Source: Pseudomonadota bacterium
Lineage (GTDB): Archaea > Thermoplasmatota > SW-10-69-26 > JACQPN01 > JAJPHT01
NCBI GenBank assembly: GCA_021325135.1
Contig: JAJPHT010000039.1
Coordinates: 64,001 to 128,000 of the forward strand
DNA length: 64,000 bases
Reading direction: 5' to 3'
Shown here: in pieces, positions 57,188 through 64,000 of the stretch
Position numbering within the stretch: position 1 is the stretch's first letter
How the letters are laid out: every line of letters begins with the position of its first letter
Position numbers and translations under genes: made by a program
The notes under the pieces: generated by a model
The model's database searches: none
The model's input: only the letters and a program-made list of their open reading frames with translations
What the model was told of the DNA's origin: nothing

Positions 57188-58654
57188 ATGAGCCGTCCGG
57201 ACCTCAAGTTCTTCCGCGAGCTTCGGGTCAGCGATCCCGCCCTGAAGGCGGACGCCAGCACGAGCGCGTACACCTTCGTCGACCGCAAGGGGAAGCGCAG
57301 CGAGATCGCCCTGCACTGGAAGTTCCCCGTCCCGCTCTACGCGGAGGCGGACCCCGTGATGCGCAACCACGCGCGCCTGCACCACGCGATCCCCTCGCTC
57401 AACTACGGCCTCTTCTGCGACCGCGTCGTGCTGGAGGGCCCGCTCGCGCGCGAGGACGCCGAGTACCTGCGCGCGATGCAGCGCGTGACGGCGCGCGAGC
57501 AGTACCTCACGCGCTTCGTGCGCGACGAGCCGCACCTCCTCATCAAGCCCGAGTACCACGTGAGCCCCGAGGACTTCGAGACCGAGGCCGTGGACGACCT
57601 GGCGGAGATCGTCGTGGAGGAGGAGCGCGTCGAGGGCCCGCCGCGCAAGGTGGACCCTCGGCGCTACGCCGTCCTCTCCAGCGGCGGGAAGGAGAGCCTG
57701 CTCACCTACGGCCTGCTGCGCGAGCTGAAGCGCGACGTGAGCCCGGTGTACGTCAACGAGAGCGGCCGCCACTGGTACACCGCGCTCCTCGCGCACCGCC
57801 TCCACGAGCGGACCGACCCGCGTACGCGCCGCGTCTGGAGCAGCGTGGACCGCCTCTACGTCGCCGCGAACCGGCTGCTCCCCTGCGTGAGGCCCGACTT
57901 CCAGCGCGTCGCTGCGGACGTGTACCCCATCCAGCTCTTCACGTTCAACAGCTATCAATTGGCCGTCGCCGGCCTCTGCCTCCACGAGGGGATGGGCACG
58001 ATGCTCATGGGCAACGAGTTCGACGAGGGGCCCTGGCCCGAGGTCAAGGGCGTGCGCCACTGGCACGCCATCTACGACCAGTCCCAGGAGTTCGACCTCG
58101 TCCTCAACGCCTTCTTCGCGCGCAAGCCCTGGGGCGGCCTGCGGCAGACCTCCCTCCTGCGGACCATGAGCAGCCTCCTCATCGAGGACCTCCTCGCGAC
58201 GCGCTACCCCGATCTGCTGGCCGCGCAGACCTCGTGCCACGCGACGCACATGGAGGAGGGCCAGCCCGTCCCGTGCGGCCGGTGCAGCAAGTGCCTGGGC
58301 GTCCTGCTCTTCCTCCTGGCCGGCGGCCACGACCCCGCGCGGCTGCGCTACAAGAAGGGGGACGTGGAGAAGCTCGGCGCGCGCGTCGCGACGACGCACG
58401 TCAAGGTCGACCAGGCCGAGGCCGAGCACGCCATGTGGCTCGCGCAAGGGAAGGGCTGGCGCTTCGAGGGCTCGCTCAACGGCTTCGCGCCCCGCGAGCA
58501 CGCCGAGGTGCAGAAGGTCCGCTTCCACCCCGAGATGAGCCGCCGCGACGCGATGCCCGCCGAGCTTGCCGGCTCGCTCTACCCGATCTTCCTGACGCGC
58601 GCCAAGGGCGTCATGGAGAAGCGCGGCGAGGCGTGGGTCCCTGCGGAGCCGTGA
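57188..58654 (+). CDS. PP-loop ATPase with Cys cluster (QueC/MurL-like)
   Basis: SSGGKESL, GNE, YDQS, SCH...PCGRCSKC. Confidence 0.75.
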   Translation: MSRPDLKFFRELRVSDPALKADASTSAYTFVDRKGKRSEIALHWKFPVPLYAEADPVMRNHARLHHAIPSLNYGLFCDRVVLEGPLAREDAEYLRAMQRVTAREQYLTRFVRDEPHLLIKPEYHVSPEDFETEAVDDLAEIVVEEERVEGPPRKVDPRRYAVLSSGGKESLLTYGLLRELKRDVSPVYVNESGRHWYTALLAHRLHERTDPRTRRVWSSVDRLYVAANRLLPCVRPDFQRVAADVYPIQLFTFNSYQLAVAGLCLHEGMGTMLMGNEFDEGPWPEVKGVRHWHAIYDQSQEFDLVLNAFFARKPWGGLRQTSLLRTMSSLLIEDLLATRYPDLLAAQTSCHATHMEEGQPVPCGRCSKCLGVLLFLLAGGHDPARLRYKKGDVEKLGARVATTHVKVDQAEAEHAMWLAQGKGWRFEGSLNGFAPREHAEVQKVRFHPEMSRRDAMPAELAGSLYPIFLTRAKGVMEKRGEAWVPAEP

Positions 58655-59102
58655 GGATTTTCTCGTACAGGAACGCGTCGTTGTTCGCGTACTGCGTGTA
58701 ATAGTTGGGAAGCCGCCGCAGCAGCTTGTAGCCGCCGCGCTCGTAGAGGCGGATCGCGTCGGCGTTCTCCACGTTGACCTCCAGCACGACGCGCTCCATG
58801 CCCAGGCGCGCAAGCTCGGCCTCGCACGCGTCCATGAGCTGGCGCCCCAGGCCGAGGCCGCGGCGCGAGGGGTGGACATTCACGGTGTAGACGTGCCCGA
58901 CGCGCCACGCGCGGTGGTGGAACGCGCCCACGAAGCCGGCGACGCCCGCCTCGTCCTCCATGAGGAGGTTCACCGCCTTGGCGCGGCCCAGCGAGTAGCG
59001 GTACTCCTCCGCGCCATACGCCTGGTTGGGCGGGTAGCAGGCGCGCTCCAGCGCCAAGGCCGCGTCGAGGTCCGCCAGCGTCGCGGGGCGGATCGCGATC
59101 AC
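58611..59102 (-). CDS. GNAT acetyltransferase, RimI-like
   Basis: VHPSRRGLGLG, LEV..EN..AI.LY...GY, NYY...DA. Confidence 0.9.
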   Translation of the reverse strand: MIAIRPATLADLDAALALERACYPPNQAYGAEEYRYSLGRAKAVNLLMEDEAGVAGFVGAFHHRAWRVGHVYTVNVHPSRRGLGLGRQLMDACEAELARLGMERVVLEVNVENADAIRLYERGGYKLLRRLPNYYTQYANNDAFLYEKILTAPQGPTPRRASP

Positions 59103-60127
59103 AGGAACCCCCCGATGGTGGGCGAGTCCAGGAAGGCGCTGTCATAGAAGCGCGCCGTCTCGTCCGCGAGCCGATCCGCGGGCGTGCCCAGGGCGGCGAG
59201 GACGCGCGCTCGCACGGCCACGTCCGCCGTCACCTCCGCGAGCCGCAGCCACGTCGCCGGCTCCACGCCGATGGCGTACTCCTCCTCATCCACCAGTGCG
59301 TAGACGCTGCCCACGAAGAGGCGGCGCGCCGCGAGGGAGCGGAAGTAGGGCGCGAGGTCCGCGGGCGCGTCGCGCCAGCCGGCGATCCCCTCGACGCGGC
59401 CGCGCGGGTGCAGGTCGCCGCGCTCGTCCATCTCCAGCACGTCCAGCGCGGAGCCGTCGCGGGCGAAGGTGAGCCAGCGCAGGTCGGGCGCCAGGTAGAA
59501 GGGCCTCCGCGTGACGTCCTCCTCGGCGAAGGGCGCCAGCGCGTCCTCCCATGCCTCGTCCGCGTCCGACTCGTCCCCGCCCCGGCGCAGCGCGGCCTCC
59601 AGTCCGGAGCGCGTGAGGAGCGCGGCGAGGTCCGCCGAATCCACCACGGCGTCCGCGTCGCCCCACGCGCCGGCCCGCCGCGCCTTGCGCTGGAACGCGC
59701 CATACGTCTCGCGGGCCTGCCGCTCGTGCCGCTCGATCTCGCCCGCGGGCGCGTTCGCCAGCACGCCGGCCTGGAACGCGGGCGCGAGGTCGCCCCCCGG
59801 CGCGCGCTCCACGCCGCGGCAGGTGTAGTTCACGTAGACCTCGGGCTCCTCGGCGAAGTGCAGGTGGAAAGGGAAGTAGCGGCAGTGCGCGGGCCGCAGG
59901 TCGTACTGCGTGCACTGGCGGCGCTCCAGCAGCGTGCAGGCGCCGCACTTGTTCTGGAGCCCCAGGTACGTCCTGCCGTCGCCTACCGTCACGGGCAGGG
60001 CCCGCGGCTTGAGCCTCGCGCGCAGGAGGGCCAGCTCGCGCCCCGAGGCCTCGGGCTGGAACGTGCAGCAGAAGCCGCACCCCTCCAGGCACGCGAAGCG
60101 GCGGTCGGCAAGCTCGGCGGCGCGCAT
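59099..60127 (-). CDS. YkgJ-family cysteine-cluster protein
   Basis: FAC.EGCGFCC, CTLL...CTQY..RP..CRYFPF, C.G; coupled to the GNAT gene. Confidence 0.85.
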   Translation of the reverse strand: MRAAELADRRFACLEGCGFCCTFQPEASGRELALLRARLKPRALPVTVGDGRTYLGLQNKCGACTLLERRQCTQYDLRPAHCRYFPFHLHFAEEPEVYVNYTCRGVERAPGGDLAPAFQAGVLANAPAGEIERHERQARETYGAFQRKARRAGAWGDADAVVDSADLAALLTRSGLEAALRRGGDESDADEAWEDALAPFAEEDVTRRPFYLAPDLRWLTFARDGSALDVLEMDERGDLHPRGRVEGIAGWRDAPADLAPYFRSLAARRLFVGSVYALVDEEEYAIGVEPATWLRLAEVTADVAVRARVLAALGTPADRLADETARFYDSAFLDSPTIGGFL

Positions 60128-60246
60128 GTCCGTCGCCGCGCGATGCCGGCTCCTGGGCCTTCAAGCTTTGGAGCCTGCGGACGCAGAGCCGATCTCACGA
60201 GAACGGCCAAGACCGCGCCCTCGGCTGCGAGTCCGGAGGCATTCCC

Positions 60247-61725
60247 TTGCGAGCACTCTCCTTCCTGCTGGCCGCCGCGATCCTCGTGGCGTCCCTGGCC
60301 GTCGTCGCGAGCCCCGCGTCGTCGTCCCCCGACACCCCGGCGCCCTTCCTCGTGGGCTTCGGCATCCGCGACATCACGCCCTCCAACGACCTCTCGCAGG
60401 ACGGGCAAGGGCACGTCTACCTGGGCGGGTTCGGCTTCGGCTGCTGCCGCCTCTCGCAGGGCACGGAGTACCCGGTGCGCGTGCGCGCCATGGTGGTGGG
60501 CGACGGCGAGCGCAACGTCGCGCTGGCCAGCGTCGAGGTGCAGGGCTCCTTCGCCGCGTACCAGGACGGCGCCTTCGGGCAGTACGACGTCGCGAAGGCC
60601 GTGGAGGCCGCGACGGGCGGCGCGCTGCCGAGGAGCCACGTCATCGTGAGCAGCGACCACTCGCACCGCGGCGCGGACACGACGGGCGTCTGGGGCGGCG
60701 TGCCCGACGCGTACCTCGCCTTCATCGCGGCGCAGACCCGGGGCGCCATCCTCGACGCGTATGCCGCCGAGGCGCCCGCGCGCCTGCGCGTGGCGGAGAT
60801 CAACGAGAGCCAGTACGTCTCCAGCGACTTCAGCGCGGCCAACCAGGACACGCCCGACGGCATGTTCCGCCTCCTCTACGCCGAGACGCCCGAGGGCCGG
60901 CTCGCGGGCGTGTACGGCACCTTCGCGTCCCACGCGACGATCCACGGCTCCGCTCCCTTCCTCTCGCCCGACTGGCCCGGCATCGCCAGCGACAAGGTGA
61001 GCGCGCTGGCGGGCGGCGTCCCCGTCGTCCTGGGCGAGGGCGCGGTGGGCCGCACGCACGGCGCGGGCGACCGCAGCCACTACGAGGACCTCCTCGCCGC
61101 GGACGTTGTGGCGGCGTACCCCGCGTCGGAGTACGTCACGGTCCCGGGCGTGGACGGCGCCGAGAGCGCCATCGCGCTCAACGCCTACAACGGCATCCTC
61201 CTGGGCGGCATCACCGCGGGGCACCCGGGCTGCAACGCGCCCGCGAACCCCGTGAGCAGCGGCTTCCAGAGCGCGGGCGTCAACCCGACGTGCGTGCCCA
61301 TCGGCCGCGCGGACACGCCCCCGTGGATGGTGGGCAACCGCATCACGACGCTGGTCTCCGCGGTGCGCATCGGGGACGTGCTCCTCTGGGGCGCTCCGGG
61401 CGAGATCTACCCCAACGCGCAGTGGGCGATCCAGCAGCACGTCCAGACGCGCCACGTCATCGTCCTGGGTCTCGCCAACGACCAGCTGGGCTACCTCATC
61501 GCGCCCAGCGAGGACTGGTACAAGATCGCCAGCAACCCCACCAGCGACAACACGCTGTTCAACGTGGACGTCACGGGCGGCGACCACGTGGAGTGCGCGG
61601 TGCTCGACCTCGCGCGCCAGCTTGGGTTCAGCACGGGCCCCTCGGTGGCCTTGGGCGGCGTCAGCGCGGACGACCCGGCCATCTGCAACGCGTGGGCGTT
61701 CGAGCCGCGCGCGCTGCCCACGTGA
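60247..61725 (+). CDS. Secreted neutral/alkaline ceramidase-like hydrolase
   Basis: Signal peptide; DITP, VRAMVV, HSH.G.D, HAT, S.DWPG, PGE, GLANDQLGY. Confidence 0.75.
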   Translation: MRALSFLLAAAILVASLAVVASPASSSPDTPAPFLVGFGIRDITPSNDLSQDGQGHVYLGGFGFGCCRLSQGTEYPVRVRAMVVGDGERNVALASVEVQGSFAAYQDGAFGQYDVAKAVEAATGGALPRSHVIVSSDHSHRGADTTGVWGGVPDAYLAFIAAQTRGAILDAYAAEAPARLRVAEINESQYVSSDFSAANQDTPDGMFRLLYAETPEGRLAGVYGTFASHATIHGSAPFLSPDWPGIASDKVSALAGGVPVVLGEGAVGRTHGAGDRSHYEDLLAADVVAAYPASEYVTVPGVDGAESAIALNAYNGILLGGITAGHPGCNAPANPVSSGFQSAGVNPTCVPIGRADTPPWMVGNRITTLVSAVRIGDVLLWGAPGEIYPNAQWAIQQHVQTRHVIVLGLANDQLGYLIAPSEDWYKIASNPTSDNTLFNVDVTGGDHVECAVLDLARQLGFSTGPSVALGGVSADDPAICNAWAFEPRALPT

Positions 61726-61728
61726 AGG

Positions 61729-62106
61729 TCAGCGGATGCCCGTGTGCGCGCAGGCGCGCAGGGGGGTGAGCGGCGTCACGACGGCGTTGGAGGCGAGCTT
61801 GCCGGCCGCGGCGAGCTTCTCCTTGGCGGCCTTGGCCCAGCGCTCGCCCTCCTGGCCGTTGAACCCCTCGACCTTCGAGACGAGCCCCGCGGCGTCCACG
61901 TGGACGTGGCCCAGGAGAAGGAACTCGCTGGGGGCGCCGCGGCCCGCGAAGGGGGTCAGGCCCGCGCTGGTGTACGCCCGGATGCGGCCCATGGGGCGCA
62001 GCGCGCCGAAGGCGTAGACGTTGGCCGCGGGAAGGTGCGCGAGGACGATCTCCTTGTCCTCAAGGCTGGAGATGAAGGCGGGCGCCTCGGGCGCGTTGGG
62101 CCTCAC
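61729..62106 (-). CDS. Hypothetical protein
   Basis: GC3-rich frame; TTAAG promoter-like motif upstream. Confidence 0.6.
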   Translation of the reverse strand: MRPNAPEAPAFISSLEDKEIVLAHLPAANVYAFGALRPMGRIRAYTSAGLTPFAGRGAPSEFLLLGHVHVDAAGLVSKVEGFNGQEGERWAKAAKEKLAAAGKLASNAVVTPLTPLRACAHTGIR

Positions 62107-62225
62107 ACGAGGCCATAAGCCGTCCTCACCTTAAGTTCGGCCCCCACCCCCCAGTGAAGCCAAGGGGAATCGGGGAAAAGGGGATGCGCCCGGCCCAAGG
62201 CCGGGCGCTCATTCATTCGCTGGGC

Positions 62226-62471
62226 TCAGAAGCGACGGCCGCCGCCGCCACCGTAGCCGCCGCCACCGCGGCCGCCGCCGTAGCCGCCGCCCCGGCCGCC
62301 ACCGAAGCCGCCCTCACGCGGGGGGCGGTGCTTCTGGAAGCAGTCGCGGCAGTAGACGGGGCGACCCTCGGTCGGCTTGAAGGGGACCTGGGTCTGCTTG
62401 CCGCAGTCGCTGCAGACGGCGTCGAACATCTCTCGGGGGCCCGAAGGGGGGCCACGGTTTCCACCGTACAT
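62226..62471 (-). CDS. CxxC-x17-CxxC zinc-ribbon protein with RGG/GY tail
   Basis: REMFDAVCSDCG....VPFKP...RPVYCRDCF; GGRGGGYGG repeats. Confidence 0.92.
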   Translation of the reverse strand: MYGGNRGPPSGPREMFDAVCSDCGKQTQVPFKPTEGRPVYCRDCFQKHRPPREGGFGGGRGGGYGGGRGGGGYGGGGGRRF

Positions 62472-62648
62472 TGTTATCTACTCTCTTGGGCCAGGGCACG
62501 ACAGAACGAGACGACGACGAAGCGCTTGGACGAACGGCGGCGACTGCGCCCACGCGGGGGCGCTTTCCGGGGTGCTCTTACCCGCAAACTCACCAGTCGC
62601 CTCCATACATAAACTCGCCGGGTGCGAGGCGCCCGGGCCGCGGAGGGC

Positions 62649-62759
62649 TCAGAAGCCGCCCCGGTTGTGGTGGTGCTTCTCGGCGTGGTTGTGGGGGGCC
62701 TTCTTCTCGGCTTCCCGCTGCATGCGGATCTGCTCCCGTTCGGCTCGGCGGAGGGTCAT
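62649..62759 (-). CDS. 36-aa small protein MTLRRAEREQIRMQREAEKKAPHNHAEKHHHNRGGF
   Basis: GGTGAT Shine-Dalgarno upstream; GC3-rich codons; below the ORF-track size cutoff. Confidence 0.65.
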   Translation of the reverse strand: MTLRRAEREQIRMQREAEKKAPHNHAEKHHHNRGGF

Positions 62760-62835
62760 GCGAGGATCACCGGTCCAACCTCGGCCCTGGAGGTGCTTCC
62801 CCCTTTCGGAAGGCCAGCCTGGGCGCTCCGCGCCT

Positions 62836-62909
62836 CGCGCGCGTGCGCATATACGCGCGTGCGCGCGTGCGTACGCGTGGGTGACGCGCGCGGGCGCGCG
62901 CCCGCGCGC
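62836..62909. other. Z-DNA-prone alternating purine/pyrimidine tract (44 bp) plus 24-bp perfect palindrome
   Basis: 62836-62879 strictly alternates Y/R; 62886-62909 equals its own reverse complement. Confidence 0.8.
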
Positions 62910-62968
62910 CTAGGTTCGGAACCCACCCTTCTTGTACGATGGAGATGAACAGGTCAAACCTTCCTCCC

Positions 62969-62984
62969 CGAAAACGGTTAAGTC
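62969..62984 (+). promoter_or_regulatory. BRE/TATA-like promoter of topA
   Basis: cgaaaacggttaagtc about 40 nt upstream of the ATG. Confidence 0.5.
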
Positions 62985-63022
62985 GGAGCGGCGCCAGTGG
63001 CACCTCCCCGGACCTGGCCCCC

Positions 63023-64000
63023 ATGAAGATCCTCGTCGTCTCGGAGAAGGACATCGCCGCGAAGAAGATCGCGCAGCACCTCAGCGGCGGCGACTTCGAC
63101 CAGGAGAAGGTGGGCGGCGTCAACGTCTACAGCTTCACCGAGGGCAAGGGGAAGGCCAAGAAGGAGACGACCATCGTCGGCCTGCGCGGCCACATCGTCA
63201 GCCTGGACTACCCCAAGGAGCACCAGCGCTGGAGCCTCGCCAAGCTCCCCGAGCTGGTCTGGGCCGAGCCCACGAAGAAGGTGGACAAGGACGCGAAGCC
63301 CATCGGCGACGCGGTGAAGAAGCTGGGCAAGTCGGCGGACCTCGTCATCCTCGCGACCGACTACGACCGCGAAGGCGAGCTCATCGGCGTCGAGGCGCTG
63401 GACCTCATCAAGGAGGTCAACCCCGACGTGGAGGTGAAGCGCGCGCGCTTCAGCGCCCTCACCAAGGAGGAGGTCACGCGCGCCTTCGCGAGCCCCGCGC
63501 CCGTGGACCACAACCTGGCGGACAGCGCCGCCGCGCGCCAGTACGTCGACCTCGCGTGGGGCGCCGCGCTCACGCGCTTCCTCTCCATCAGCGCGGGCCA
63601 GCGCGGCCAGGACTTCCTCTCGGTGGGCCGCGTGCAGAGCCCGACGCTCGCCCTCATCGTGGACCGCGAGAAGGAGATCAAGGCCTTCGTGCCCACGCCC
63701 TACTGGGAAGTGCACGCCACGGTCCACAAGGACGCGACGTTCGGCGTGACGCACGACGAGGGCCGCTTCTGGGACAAGGAGAAGGCCACCGTCGCGCACG
63801 CGAAGGTCGCCACCGCCAAGAGCGGCACCGTGGTCAAGGTCGAGAAGAGCAAGCGCACGCTCCAGGCGCCCACGCCCTTCGACACGACGACCTACCAGCG
63901 CGCGGCCGCCGCGCTGGGCTACAGCATCAAGCGCGCCGACAGCCTTGCCGAATCGCTCTACACCGCGGGATACGTCTCGTACCCCCGCACGTCGAACACC
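63023..64000 (+). CDS. topA: DNA topoisomerase I (type IA), 3' end truncated by the window edge
   Basis: MKILVVSEK, GLRGHI, ATDYDREGELIG, RARFS, SVGRVQSPTL, AESLY..GYVSYPRT. Confidence 0.96.
   Translation, partial: MKILVVSEKDIAAKKIAQHLSGGDFDQEKVGGVNVYSFTEGKGKAKKETTIVGLRGHIVSLDYPKEHQRWSLAKLPELVWAEPTKKVDKDAKPIGDAVKKLGKSADLVILATDYDREGELIGVEALDLIKEVNPDVEVKRARFSALTKEEVTRAFASPAPVDHNLADSAAARQYVDLAWGAALTRFLSISAGQRGQDFLSVGRVQSPTLALIVDREKEIKAFVPTPYWEVHATVHKDATFGVTHDEGRFWDKEKATVAHAKVATAKSGTVVKVEKSKRTLQAPTPFDTTTYQRAAAALGYSIKRADSLAESLYTAGYVSYPRTSNT

Noticed and set aside
62236-62310. ccgccgcc tandem repeats
   Set aside because: Explained by the Gly-rich coding tail of the zinc-ribbon protein.

Overview
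A gene-dense, very GC-rich chromosomal window from an archaeon, most likely a non-halophilic Thermoplasmatota. That assignment is inferred from Cbf5, a presenilin homologue, PGF-CTERM/archaeosortase tails, COG3398-type regulators, TATA-like promoters and a non-acidic proteome. About 75 real CDS are present; most long ORFs in the track are GC shadow frames. Housekeeping genes: pccB, rocF, argG, rlmB, dcd, xseAB, cbf5/truB, msrB, korAB and a partial topA. These are mixed with many secreted or lipoprotein genes (BNR propellers, CARDB, PPC repeats, small even-Cys peptides) and one VapBC module. I found no tRNA, rRNA, CRISPR array or transposase. Most notable observations: (1) a 44-bp perfect purine/pyrimidine alternation plus a 24-bp palindrome (Z-DNA/cruciform candidate) in the divergent promoter region of topA; (2) a DUF350 + glutathionylspermidine-synthase-like ligase + GGFG-tail operon; (3) three small coiled-coil paralogues beside a roadblock-like gene and a GAF-PAS-V4R gene; (4) an RHH gene preceded by a GAATC octamer palindrome; (5) an unassigned ~280-nt structured RNA candidate upstream of xseAB; (6) two membrane-tethered double-wHTH regulators, one split by an in-frame TAG; (7) a palindromic in-frame insertion in korA; (8) a PLP/thioesterase/DUF1611/PP-loop cluster. 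All family assignments come from motif recognition only; no searches were run.
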